Origin: Chromera velia
Lineage: Eukaryota
Assembly (NCBI GenBank): GCA_018398765.1
Contig: JAHBMJ010000320.1
Span: forward strand, 1 to 50,850
Length of the DNA: 50,850 nucleotides
Direction: 5' to 3'
The notes below the pieces were generated by a model, which was not told the origin of the DNA, did no database searches, and saw only the letters and a list, made by a program, of their open reading frames with translations. Positions 12,793-30,603 of the stretch are shown here, one piece after another (position 1 is the first letter of the stretch; each line of letters opens with the position of its first letter). Made by a program: the position numbers and the translations under genes.

Positions 12793-15700
12793 ATGCCGTC
12801 TTCTCAGCGGGGCACCTCTCCTTCTCCTTCATCAAGGCACCGAGGCCGAGGCCGTGTCTGCCCGCCGTCGCGTTCGTCTTCTTTGGGGCGCTCTCCCTCT
12901 CGAGATCGTGACCGTGACCGAGATAGGGGTGCAACAAGAAAGGCTGCCCGTGAGAGAAGTCTCTCGGTCTATTCTCGTCGGCGCTCTCCCTCCCGAAATC
13001 GCGACCGTGACCGTGACCGAGATAGGGGTGCAACAAGAAAGGCTGCCCGTGAGAGAAGTCTCTCGGTCTATTCTCGTCGGCGCTCTCCCTCCCGAAATCG
13101 TGACCGTGACCGTGACCGAGATAGGGGTGCAACAAAAAAGCCCGTCCGTGAGAGAAGTCTCTCGGCCCAATCTCGGCGGCGCTCTCGCTCTCCAGATCCT
13201 GACCGTGACCGAAGAACAAAAGTCGATGCTCCCAGCAAGAGGCGTCCCAGCCACTCTCCTTCCGCCAAACGCGGTCGTCGTGTCTCTTCCTCTTCCAGTT
13301 CTTCCTCCCTGTCGTCGTCCTCTTCGGATCTGTCCTCTCAGTTATTAGTCATCTCTTCTGACGAGAGTGAGACAGGAAAGAAGAAGGACACGGAAAAAAA
13401 GAAACTCATCGATGTCCTGAACCGTCGGTTGAAGGACCTGAAGCAGGACAGGAAGAAAGGAAAGAAGAGGGACAGAGACCGAGGGACAAAGGAAAAGAAA
13501 ACAAAGAGAAGCGACAAGGATCAGAAAGCGAGACAGAAGGCTGTCAGAGATCGAGACGAGAAGAGAAAGGGTGGAAGAGAGCCAGACAAGAAAAAAAAGA
13601 CGAACGAGAAGAATCAGAAAGAGGAAGAGAAGACTGACAGAGAACGAGACAGAAAGAGAAAGAGCGAACGTGATCGGGAAGTGAGAGACGATGCCGACCG
13701 AGACAGATACAAGAAAGGGAAGACCGACAGAGATCAGAAAGAGAAAGGGGAAACCCACAAAAAGCGAGAAAAAAAGTCCTGCACCTCCTCGCTCATGGAG
13801 GGAGGCAACTCTTGCCGCTCCTGTTCATGAGAGGTCACTCCCTCCATCGTTGGAGAAGGTGAGGCAGAAGGCAAATGCTCTTGCTTCCCATCCCCCGCCC
13901 ATTTCCCCTCCTCGCACTAAGGCGTTAGAGGGATCACCCAGGCCCCTCAAACCCGCCTCTCTACCTCCTTCCACTGACAGAGTCATGGCTGCACTCCGCA
14001 TGGATCCCCCCTCAAGAGCACGGAAGCAGAACACCTCAGGTGATGCGGCAGCGGCGTGCGATTCTGCTGAGGGGGGTGGAGGGTCAGGAGGTCAGAAAGA
14101 CGGGAGTGGAGAAGAAAATACAGGAGACGATAACACAAACAGAAAAGAAGGCACAGACACACCACCTCTCCAACCCAACTGGGTCGACAACTCTGTGAAA
14201 GGGAAGAATGAGGGAGGACGGAGGGAAGAGCACAGCAAAGGAGGAGCAGTAGGAGCTTCAGAGGGGTCGGTGTGTCCTCAAAATCCTCTTCTCACTGTGG
14301 CTCTATTTTTGCTTTGTTCCTCTCTTTGTGACCCTCTCTGTCTTGTCTGTCTCTACAGCTGTTTCTCTTTCTAACGAGTGCCTCTCTTTTCCTCGTTCCC
14401 CTATCTCTCTCTACTGCCTGTAGGTCTCTCTCAGTGAGGCCATCTCTCTGGTGGTTACATGCACCGAGCTCGATCGTTTCAAAATAGCGGAGGTGCAGTC
14501 AGACTCCTTGACTAATTCGCTGAAACATTTGCTCGACTCTCTCTTTCTTCTCCGCGCTTTTATTCCTTCACTGCAGGGGTGCTGCTGGTGGCGCCAGCAG
14601 ATTCCGCATCTTGGACGTGCAGCAAGTCAGTCAGTCTCTGTTGATCCAAACAGGCATGCAGCCTGAGGGGGCACGCGGGAGGAGGAGGGCCTCGTATGGA
14701 TGGATGGATGGATGGATGGGAGGAAATACAATCCCTGGCTGCTTGCATGACGGTGTGGGTGCATGGCGGTTGTTTGATCAGTCCTTTGAATAGAAGCAAG
14801 CAAATGAACGCGACAGTTTCTTCCTCTGTTCGTTTTTTTCTTTTGCTCTTGTCCGTCAGGTTGTCTGCTCCTTCGTTGGGTCTCCCCTTCGCTTTCCGAC
14901 CTGTCCCCGTCCAATCCGAAGCCATGGAGTCCGGCCATGCTTCTTCACTTTTCAGCGCAGGTCCACTCACACTTGCTTTCTTTCTTTCTTCTTTCCGCTT
15001 TGCCCCTTGCTCTGACCTGACGCTGCAGGAGTCTGCCCTGATTGTTCCGGGGTTCGGTCTCTTCGATCTTTTCGATCCTCTCGGGCAGCACTCGCAGAGG
15101 CTTCTTGAGCTCGAGAAGTCCGTCTGTCAACGGCTGGGCATTCGAAGCGAATGTTCCGTCACCAACCGGAGCAGACAGAACACCTGGGGCAACACTGAGT
15201 TCTCTTCAGTCGCGCTTCGATGGCAATGGACGGACGCAGAAGGAGAGGAAAGGTGGGAGAAACGGGAGGTGCAGATGATAGCAGGAGGCCCTAGGCAAGC
15301 GCATGCGAAGGCGGCAGGAGAAATGCTGGTGGACTCTGGACTTGTGGATGTTGCTGCTCTGCGTCACTGGCGTCAGGCAGTGCGAGTGGTCCAATTCGCG
15401 GAGGAACAGGAGGTGCAGAGAGCGTACGAAGGTGCGAAAGAACTCCTCACGGACCCCACATGCACCTGCGGGGTTTGGCGTCTGTTCCTCCCCAGGGGTT
15501 TTCGGCTCTTGCTCGCGCGTGGAGACAAGATCAAGCGAGAGGACCTCAAAGAAGACCCGGCATTGAATCTGGGTCTTCTTCAAACCCTGAAAAAAGTCTG
15601 TGAAGGGAAGAGTGTGAACACAAAGGGACTGGGGGGTCCTCTTATTGGGGGTTCAGGTGGAAGGTCGCGTGTGCCGATGTCGATGCCGGTGGACTTATGG

Positions 15701-17843
15701 GATTCTCTCCTTGACGAGTGCACACTCGCGTTGGGGGGGGGTTACATGGAAGGAAGCGTCGAAGAGGTACTCCGGATGCTCTCGGACTGGATCGCACCGC
15801 GTTCTGGTCCGAGACGTCACTGAAACATTATATGTACCTCCGCTCTCAGCTCGCAAAAGACAGGCGGGCAGAGCTTTCGCGGAAGATGCGAGAGCTCCAG
15901 TGGGGTGTGTCCAAGCCTGGCACCCTCTGGTTCTGTCGAGTGAACAGATGCCCCTCCCCATGGCTTGACCATGAACTTACCGTAGACTCATGTGCCCACC
16001 CATCAGACAAACAAAAATTCATGTCGGACTTCACCAAGGCACGGCCGAACGATCTCGTTCTCGTCAATCCTTGTGCCGAACCTTCCGTCTCTCCCTTCGC
16101 CGCCGAACAACCCGGGGAGATTGTCGAAGTGCGTTCTCCCCATCAGCGGCATGGGGAATCAGGCACGAAGGGTCATCTGCATCCTCGTTGTGAGGCCTGG
16201 GAAACAGAATCCAACCGCCTCCACCTCCATCTGGATTCTCAGTTCTCCATCCAACTGCGTGTGGCCACTCTGATCGTTTCCCAGAAAGTCTTCGACCAGG
16301 CCCAGACGTGGACTGTCACCTTCCTAGATTCAAACACGGTCTATCGACGCACAACGGATGTCCTCAGAGAATTCTTCTGCAGAAGCCTCCCACTCTTCCA
16401 GACAGCCTCAAGGCCTGTGCACACGATTTCGTTTTCCCCCGCCCTCCGCATGTTGCTCCTGCACCCGGAACACCCGTTGGCACGTCTGCTGGCCGCAGAC
16501 GGAAAGGCAGTGCACGTGTGTTCTCCCCCCTTGATCGTCTCCCTCAGTTTGGCAGTGCACACGCCGAAGAGAATGCCCAGTCCGCAACCGTTGTCGATTC
16601 TTCAGTGGCAGAGATGAAGGCTGTGGACGTCCATGTGGACAGAGAGCAGTCTCCTCTGGCTGCTTCACTTGCGTCCGGCAGGCCAGACCTTTTCACTCTG
16701 GATTCTGACGCTGAAGCGTCTGTCAGCGAGAGTGGAGGGGGGGAGGCGATACAGCAGATGAAGGTCCAACAAGAAGAGGGCGTGGAGCAGGAGGTGGAAG
16801 AGATGGACGAAGGAGAAGAGGGAAGTCAAGGGGGGGAGGCGATGGAGGTGGAGGATCTCGAACAAGAAGACCACAATCTGGAGCAGGAAGAGGAAGTGGA
16901 GGGTAGTGGCCCGCCACTGGCAGCTCCGGAGGGTCCCCCTCCCCCCCTTCCGGAGGAGCCCCCTTCGCCTGAGACTCTTGTGCAGATGTTTCAACAATGC
17001 ATGCAGAGTAACGTGTTGTCTGGACCCGTCCTTGGTGATGGGCCTCTTGCGGGACAGGGGGGCACTCAGAACCTTATTGCCCCGCAAGATCCTCCTCATC
17101 CCCCTCCTATCGCTGGTGGGGGGCACACAGGGAGGATCAGCATCAGTGGACGGGTAGCACAGGGGGGATACGTGTTTCACGGAGGGGCAGCCGCTCCTCA
17201 CGGGGGGCACGGATTTGATGGACGGGTAGCACAGGGGGGATACGTGTTTCACGGAGGGGCAGCCGCTCCTCACGGGGGGCACGGGTTTGATGGAGGGCCA
17301 GCACGTGAGGTGTACTGGGTCGATAGTGGTGGGGGGTCTCCGATGGCACCGCCTCAAGGAGCTGCAGCAGGCCTAGGTGCTGATGCTGATGCTGAAGATG
17401 ACGGGGAGGCTTTGCACTCTGCCTCTGCGTTGTCTGCTGCTGCTGCTGCTGGGTTTTCTTCGTTTGTTGCCCAGCAGATTCCCTCCCTGGAAAGGGCTCT
17501 GATGGAGGACTCGGGGCTGTTGGCCGAGGCGTTGTTGGACACACCTCTGACGCACGCACAAGAACTGGCTGTGCGGTGGTCACAGAGAGCCAAGCTGACG
17601 CTGATTCACGGTCCCCCTCAGAGTGGAAAGACCCACACGGTGGTTGTGATGATCCTCAACTCGATTGTCCTGTCTCCTCAACGGTCGCCTGGAGAAGGGA
17701 AGATTCTCGCTCTGGCGCACAGCGATGAGGAGGCAGACAGGCTGGTGCAGAAACGGCTGAGGGAGCGTGTGAGGGTGGTGCGTGTGGGCGCGGGGGGGGA
17801 CGCGGACCTGCTCGAAGATTCCATCAGAGGTCTGTCTGTCTGT

Positions 17844-17875
<32 letters not shown>

Positions 17876-19118
17876 GAGATTGATCAATGCATGTTTTTGA
17901 GCAAGCAGTGTACTCTGCGTTCAAGCAGCTTTGCAGTGCAATGCAGACATGAGTCATGTAGTTACACGCTTGGGTAGTTGTGTGAGGGTGAGGCAGGCTG
18001 TTCTCCGTGCAACTCAGCGAAGCCTCCGTGCATACATCTACAGAATGGGCCCCTCCCCTTTTCTGCATTGGCTCTTGTGATCGTTGTCTTTATTCCTTCC
18101 TTGTTTGTTGTTGCGGCACGGTCCTGCGTGCAGGGGATCCTTTTTATGCCGTGTACGTAGATCTGAAAAGCAAATACGACCCCAATGCGGAAGATCTCTA
18201 CGCGACAATGGTGGAAAGAGTGAGTGAGTCATGCACCTGCCTGCTGGGCCTGGCTTCCTTTTGCTTTGTGCTCGGGGCTGCACGCCGCTTTGAGGAATAT
18301 TCATAATTTGTCTGTCTCTGTCGCTGCTTGGCATTTTTCGTCTTCTTCTTCTTCTTCTTCTTTTTCTTTTTCTTCTTCCTCTGCTGCTGCTGCTGTTTCT
18401 GCTTCTGCTTCTGCTTCTTCTTCTTCTTCTTCTTCTTCTTCTTCCTCTTGTTCGTCTCCTTCCTTTTCCTCTTTTTCTGCTTCTGCTTTTTTTTTCCTCC
18501 TTCCTTTTCTTGTGGTTTGAGTGGCATCTGTTGCATTGACACCTTTTTCTCCTTGCGCTCTTTTTCCACATTGACTCTGCGTGGGCTGATAGATGGTGTA
18601 GTGTTGTCATAATGCAGCGTGCCTGATACGCTTTTGGTGCCCTTTTTTTTCTTGTCTGCAGGCCATAGGGGACAGCGAAGTGGTGGTCTCAACTGGCACG
18701 AGGTTGGTGTTGCCTCTTTTTCTTGCTTTCTTTCTTTTCTTTTGTTCAGATCGATCAAGTTGCACTGGGGTGGTTTGGCACATTGGAGGGCCATCAATTT
18801 TCTTCATTCTTTCTTTACATCTGTTTTTTCTGTCTGCGTGCTTCTCCTGACTCGAAATGGTGGCTTCGGTCAATTGAGGCGTGAATGAAGTTTTGTCAGC
18901 AAACGCTGCTCGTCTGTGATCTGTTGATACTTCATCTGAAAAATCTGCAAACAGAACCCTGTCTCTGCAAACGACCTTCTGTTTTCGTTCGTTTCTTGTG
19001 TCCTGTAGTGGACATCCATCCATGCTTCGGTTTCTCTGTCCTTTCATCTTCTTCGGGGACGCTTTCACTTGAGGTATTGATATATACCCTTTCTCCTGCC
19101 TGCATGCCTGTCTGTGTG

Positions 19119-19150
<32 letters not shown>

Positions 19151-19914
19151 ACCGAGTGTGTGCAGTGTGGGAGACCCTGTCCTCGAGGGCGTGGCTTTCA
19201 AGAGAGTTGTGGTGGACAACGCGACCCGCTTCTCTGGTATGTTGAGCAGGCAGGAAGGCAGGACTCCAACAATCGATCAATCAATCAGTCAAGGAGACAG
19301 ATAGAGAAAGAGACAGACAGGCAGAATAGAGAGAAGAGCGTGCGGCTGAGAGTGAGCGTGCCCTACTTGTTTTTCTTCTCATCCTTATTCTGGTTCTGCG
19401 TGTCCAGGCGAGACGCTGAAAAGAAAAACGTCACCATGCCAAAGAATGCTTTTCACTCCATTTATTCAATGCATCCCTCCCTCCTTTTCAATGAGTCGAA
19501 GGCCCTAACCAGATCCATGGGTGAGGTGAGAGAGGTGTCACTTCACTTTCTTTCGTAAAAAAATGCGGCTTTCTTCTCGTGCTGCTAGCAGGATTGATTG
19601 CAGACGGTCTCCTTCATTGTCAATCTATGATCGATCGATCGATGTACAGGTTGCTCGCTCAATCCAAGGCAATTCCGTCTCCCCCCTTCCCTTGTCCGAT
19701 AGCAGATGCTGCCATTTTGCTCTCTCTGTCCCACGGAGCCGAGCAAATGGTCCTCGTGGGGGATCTCGGAGAGACTTACACAGGCACAGGCACTCCTCTC
19801 ACTGACAGTCAGGACGGGCAGGAAGGGGGCGGTCCCCCCCCCCTCTTCCAACGCCTCGTGGACGGGCAGGCAGTTCCTCTGCACGTCCTCTCCGGGAGGC
19901 CACAGCTCGATTGA
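12793..19914 (+). CDS. RS-repeat, K/E/R/D-rich, dsRBD-like protein with a degenerate, truncated UPF1/DNA2-NAM7-type SF1 helicase domain; frameshifted (possible pseudogene or assembly errors)
   Basis: Q-motif LTHAQELAV; Walker A GPPQSGKT (17610-17633); ILALAHSDEEADRL (motif Ia); exons ~18133 GDPFY.., ~18662 AIGDSEVVVST, ~19165 FKRVVVDNATRF (Walker B position), ~19705 MVLVGD..LFQRL..stop 19914. Reading frame switches at ~13770, ~15800 and ~16525. Confidence 0.7.
12889..13210 (+). repeat. Coding tandem repeat (93/99/99 bp) encoding RSPSRNRDRDRDRDRGATRKAARERSLSVYSRR
   Basis: CGCTCTC unit starts at 12889, 12982, 13081, 13180. Confidence 0.9.
17147..17293 (+). repeat. 72-bp coding duplication (GRVAQGGYVFHGGAAAPHGGHGFD x2)
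   Basis: Near-identical copies at 17147 and 17219. Confidence 0.9.
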
Positions 19915-21362
19915 TTGAGGAAGAGTTAGGAGAGAGACGGACGGAGAGCCGGGGAGCGAGAGGATGGAAGGGGGGTGAGCGACAAAGACAAGACTAGACA
20001 AGACAGTCGCGGCATGTACAAACAAAAGTGTGCAGCTGTGCATTCCCTTATCTTTCGTTCCCTCACTTCCTCTTTCAGCCTGCCTGCCTGCCCACTTGTA
20101 CAGATAATTCAGTTTGCAAGCGCGTCTCTTCAACTCACCTTTGTTCTTTTTCACATGCTGACTCACTCACACGCCATGCAGATAGACAGAACGGCTGGCT
20201 GCGTGAGCGATCTATTGCGTGATGACCAGAAGGCCGAACAGTCTGGGTCGCACGCTGCATGCATGTCAGGATGGCAGTCAGCTAGATAGGCTTTTGCTTT
20301 AGATGCATGCAACGCAGAGGCCTACATGCTTCTCTGATTCCTTAATAAATGAGCTGGTCCGTGCGCCTCCATGCGTCTGGCCTGAGCTCTTCTCCATTTT
20401 TCTTCCTGGGTGGACCACTGCCTGCCTGGCGGTGGTTTTCCTCCTCTTTTCTTGCGTGTCGGAGCTTTTCTGTGTGGATGGGCCTTGATCGAGCCATCTG
20501 TGTCGTTTCGCTGCTTACCGATGGAGTAGTTATCAAACCGGGCCATTATACTACAGTTAAAAGTAATTGAAGTACCGCGGATCTTCATTGTGGACGTTAA
20601 AGAATGGTTATACCTAGTTGTACCTAGCTTAGCAGTGTATTCATTATCTATAATCTATTATAATCTTTATAAACGCGGTAATCGTTAATTTTTTTATACG
20701 ATTTAATTTGATGATAGAAATGTTGATTATATTGCGTGGTCAGGACACGGATGAAAGCTACTAAAAATGAGTTTCTCACTCCACGTCGTTTGTGAGATCT
20801 GAAATCGATGTCAGAGCGTAACAATATCCCAAAAACCTAATTCGGGACGTAACAAAACCCTCAATCATCATGCAATTTTGACAAACTGGTTGCGCCCGCG
20901 GATACATAACTTGCAAACAGATACGAACAGTAACAAACAGATATAGATCAGGGCTATTAGCTGAGTCAGGTATAGGGGTTCGCAAGCCCTAGCAAGCCCC
21001 CCTATAGTCGACCAGCTGTCGTATAGCAGACAGTGTGAGTGCATTCGCGTGCGTCATATCACCCGTGACCCGTCTACGCGGGCCCACAGAGCTAATTAAG
21101 TTCCGCAGCATTTCAATGTTTGTATTTCAATGCAAGTGAACAGTTCATCGTTGCATCAGTGGAACCCGAAGACGCCCAAGAAGCACATACATATCAATAC
21201 GTGGTGGTCCTCTTTACATGAGTAGGTGTATGTGGATTTGCTGCAAGGTGAGATCGAGGGAACCCGAGACGACCGCCTCGATCACGTGCAGGTTTGCTTG
21301 GCCGGAACAACAGTTGATTGCCGGACTCTGTAGATTCACCAGACAGCGCCTCGAAGTCACAG

Positions 21363-26258
<4,896 letters not shown>

Positions 26259-26574
26259 GTCTATAATGATAAATTTACTGGCTAGAATTAATTTCAACGT
26301 ATTATATATGTTTGCAAATCTTTGTGTACCTGTTCAACCTGGTGTTCAATTTAATTCAAGTTAATATTGGTACTAAACAAAATATATGTACACATGTATA
26401 GCTAAGTGACGCTAGATTTAGCGTGAGAAATATATCGATGAATCAGCTTAGCTAGCTTAGCGGCTTAGAAATATTACTTTACAATGGAATCAGGTCTAAG
26501 ATCAGGTTTAGGGATGTTTAGGGTACGTTTATAGGTTTGAAACTGAAAAATCTCCAAACATTTATAGCTGGGAC

Positions 26575-27107
26575 TACATAGTACGGTTAGGAGTAACGAA
26601 AGTAGGATGGTTACTAAGCAGCCGCTAGGCCGCCCAGTTACCAATTTTGTGGTTACGGTAGTAGTACTCCAATGATAGTGGTAATAGCTAAAAACAGGTA
26701 GATTTGGCCATATTTTGAGTCAAACTTAACCTACAAAACCAATTTTAAACTAGTAAAAATCATATTTTTGGCATTCATTAAAAGTTTATTCTGATAAAAC
26801 TCAATGTTCATCATTTTATGACTGAAGTGTAACTACTATATCATTGTGTATAGCCTCTATTATTTGAGTATAATCATTTTAGGGTTTTAAACTGCTAATA
26901 AGTTAAGTGGTCAGGCTTTAAAATATAGGTCTAGCAACTGTTTTTACCCTAGTTTTTACCAGAGTTTTTCCTTGAACTACCGTAGTAGTGGTACACACCT
27001 TCAAGTCCGCGCGTTACCATCTTATGGTTACCAAACTGACGGGAACTCGCTACTGGCTAAAAGGGGCTGGTGGTAACTCCTAACCATATTGACAACGGTA
27101 CTATATA
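26575..27107. mobile_element. Non-autonomous TIR DNA transposon (MITE-like, probably hAT), ~530 bp
   Basis: Flanking direct repeat GCTGGGAC (26567-26574, 27108-27115); left end TACATAGTAC-GGTTAGGAGTAAC versus right-end reverse complement TATATAGTAC-(12-nt insert)-GGTTAGGAGTTAC; many GGTTAC/TTACC subterminal motifs; AT-rich, no ORF. Confidence 0.65.
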
Positions 27108-28405
27108 GCTGGGACCGCTGAGTTAAATTATATACTTAGGATTCGGCATCGCTAAATCTAGGATTTAACCCTCAATCATCATCATCATCATCATCATATA
27201 GTAGGGAATATATATTTTGTTCAAGATGAAATATTATGGTATTATTACCAAGAATACTAGGCATGGTTTCAATATATATTTTTATATTATATGATGGATC
27301 TGGTGATATAAATACATAATATAGTACCTAGAAATAATATACTACTGTTCAAATTCTAGAGATTAGTGTAAACTTAGATCTGATCTAAATTCTGATGCTG
27401 AATCCGATGCTACTAGATCTAATAGAGACTCCCTCAACCCTTTTTTCATCTGTTGCATCTCATGCATGCAGCTGCAGGCTTGCAGCTGCTGCAACTTTGA
27501 AAGTGCAATGAAGAGGAAGTTAGCTAAGAAATGAATTGTTTTCTGGTACTCCAGATTAAACTTCATCTCGATTTTACTGTCAGTTCTAGTGCTGGTTTTA
27601 CTGTAAAAATATATTATATTATATATTTATATTAGATCTTCAGAGTTGAGAAAATAATATATATCTAGCAAAGCCAACTTCATTCATTCATTCATGTATT
27701 GAAACTACGTTTAGCAGGAATAACTCTACTATTACTCTAGTCTCTAGGAATAACTTTAAACACAAACCTAGCCAGAGTCAGTTTAAACAGATCCTATAAA
27801 ACTTTATCACTGGCAGCACGTTTAGAGTTTAACAACTATATAAGGCCTGAGTCCACGCGTTTGGAGATCTCGATAGTTCCAAACCATCTCCATCATATTA
27901 GGGTTGACAAAATTAAATATTGACAGCAAGAACGCGAAGGAATGCATGCGAAGGAGTGCATGAGCGAGGACATGGACTGTCAAGAAGTTAGGGAAAGGGG
28001 GCTGAACAAGGGTATTCAGGGGTATGAACAAGAGGACACAAGGGGGAGGGCCAGGGGGGCCCTGCACCCCCCATGGCACCCCATCACCTCCCACACTCTA
28101 TCCCCCTCGTCGGCTCTGAGACTCAATCCTCGCTCTTTGGGAGACAAATTTAAAGTCGATCGTTCTTCGCTGCATGACATTCTCCTTTTTCGTTGAGTGC
28201 CCTCGCACACAGAACAACTGAGTGAGGGAGGGATGCCATTGAGGAGGTCTCCGTGCGGCTGGCCCGCCAGCCAACCGCACCCCTCGGGAATCTCTGCCAC
28301 AGCAGCCGCGGGCAACTGTCTGGCAACACTGCCTACTGAATTTCCAGAGCTCCCTTTCCCCCCACAGAGCGAACGAACATGCATTTCCTTTCCCACTGAG
28401 ATCAA

Positions 28406-28906
28406 TTAAGGCGAGGGGGTGACAGGCGGATAGGGGGTGCCAGCATCCTGGGAAGGATAAGGCTCGTGGGTTATCTTTGGCATTATAGGATCAAAAGGGC
28501 ACTGCATCTGAGGAAAGCCACCACCGTTGGTCATGTAGCAGCAGCACACCCTGGGCTCTTTCCCACTTCCGTCAGGCATCCACATGGGCTCCCAGTTAAA
28601 TTCTGCATAGGAAAAGGCCATTTGGTGATCGGTGCGAATGTAGGAGCAACCACCCTTCCCCTCATTCATAACATTGTCATGAACGAACCACACCTGCCCA
28701 CAGAACTGCCCCGCGTCCCAGCAGTGCTGCCTGCACCCTGGATCATAGTCCTTTGCTGCTGCCTGCAGAGACGCCTCTTCGTTCAGCCGTTTCTTTGAAA
28801 TTCCAGTGCGGTCTGAGACTCCCTCCACCAGCAGAGACGCACCTCTCACGTTGGACAGGAGAGGCACAGCACAGAAAAGGGCAAGGAAGGCAGTTGACGA
28901 CAGCAT
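28406..28906 (-). CDS. Small secreted Cys-rich protein (166 aa, intronless), unknown family
   Basis: A-run before ATG; signal-like MLSSTAFLALFCAVPLLSNVRGA; KKR site; 8 Cys in the mature part including CCC; Pro-rich tail. Confidence 0.8.
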   Translation of the reverse strand: MLSSTAFLALFCAVPLLSNVRGASLLVEGVSDRTGISKKRLNEEASLQAAAKDYDPGCRQHCWDAGQFCGQVWFVHDNVMNEGKGGCSYIRTDHQMAFSYAEFNWEPMWMPDGSGKEPRVCCCYMTNGGGFPQMQCPFDPIMPKITHEPYPSQDAGTPYPPVTPSP

Positions 28907-29859
28907 TTTTTTTTTTCAGATCGATATCGTGAATTGATCGAGCGATCGGACAGGGATTGTATATATCCTCCTAGCTTGAGGAGACGGATGACTGACAGGC
29001 AGTGGCCGGCTGATTGGAAAGCTGGTCTGAAAATTCCGTTCGTCGAGGGACGTAACAGTCAAGCAACCAGTCTACCAGGAAGTGAGTCTGTTTCCAACTT
29101 TACTGTGTGTATGCTTAATTGCCTGTCACTTTTTTTGCTTCGGTCTCGTATAACTTCTCGGGATCATTGATTGTATGATTTGAATTCCGGTGGAAAATCA
29201 GAGACGGCTGCGCATGCGGGATATGAATGGATATGACGTTTGGTTTTCCTTCTCGTTTTTTTTTTTTCCCTCGATCGAATGTGAGTGCCTTGACATTAAG
29301 GTCTATTAAGGTCGGAAGACGATTTTCTATTTTAACCCAATTTATTCGGAATTTTCCGTCAATTTCCGTCATCCCCCCACCTGCAGTATGAGTTTTTCGA
29401 AAAAAAATGTTGCACTTTTAGCCGCAAGTCGTAAAGGAGCCGAAATTGTTCACCGTGCCACTGACGCTCTGCCAGACTTACTTTCGCGCGCAAGGCACGC
29501 GACCTGACTCGTATCTCATGATTTTCATCAGCAATGATCTCATATGATCTCCGAATATATAGAACCTTCGAACAAGAAATCTCCGAATAGTCACCAGCTA
29601 GCTACTATAAGACGTACTGCTGCAGTATCACACACCTCCACAAACCATCTCTCGGTATCGGTTTATTTTATCTGTCACTGTGAGACTGCGTGATCCGACC
29701 AAGCTTTCTCGCGATCAATCGACTCCTGTCTTATAAAATTCTCCCGTCTCCTCTCCTCCCCTCCCACCTCGACTTAGTCGATCACTCCAGAGAACGCCCC
29801 GAGAGCACCCAGTCAGTCAGCTTGGGAGGAGTGTCTCGCTTGGTAATTTAAGAGAAAGG

Positions 29860-30132
29860 ATGAAGCTGATTTTCTTGAGCCTCAGTTCGACACTCTTGTC
29901 GTCCACTGGTGCTGTGGTTTCCAAGAGCCGCTCGAATCATCCGCCGACAACCATTCAAACCGTCAGTCCGGCTCTCGACCCCTTGCCAGACTGGACCGCG
30001 TGGATGGACAGAAGGTCCTGCTGTCCCACTCCCTGTGCCTTCTCTTTGCCTTCACCACCACCTAAACAATTTTCTCCATTGTCGCTCCCCCCCCTACCCG
30101 TGGCTCTCTCTAGTTAATGCTTCTGCATCTTT

Positions 30133-30176
<44 letters not shown>

Positions 30177-30332
30177 TCTCCCTCTCTCTCTCTCCCTCTC
30201 TCTTCTCCCTCTCTCTCTCGCTTTCTTCTTCCTTTTCTTTTTCTTCTTTCACTCATTCATTCATTCATTCATTCATTCATTGTTTCTTTCTTCCTTCCTT
30301 CCTTCCTTCCTTCTTTTTTTTTTTTTCTTTCT

Positions 30333-30394
<62 letters not shown>

Positions 30395-30552
30395 CTTTTT
30401 CCTCTCTCTCCCTCTCTCTGTGTGTGTGTGTGTGTGTGTGTGTCCCTGTCTCTTGACCGGTCTTCTTTACGTTCACTTTCTGTTGTTGGGTGCTGTCCTT
30501 TCCGTCCTTCCTTCCTTCCTTCCTTCCTTCCTTCTTTCTTTCTTTCTTTCTT

Positions 30553-30603
<51 letters not shown>

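Noticed and set aside
20573..20680. TA-CCGCG..CGCGG-TA as a Tc1/mariner MITE
   Set aside because: A 7-bp inverted match is too short to support without other copies.
20811..20871. C/D snoRNA-like ATGATGA..CTGA on the minus strand
   Set aside because: No terminal stem, no recognisable rRNA guide; the C-box-like text belongs to the recurring 14-mer.
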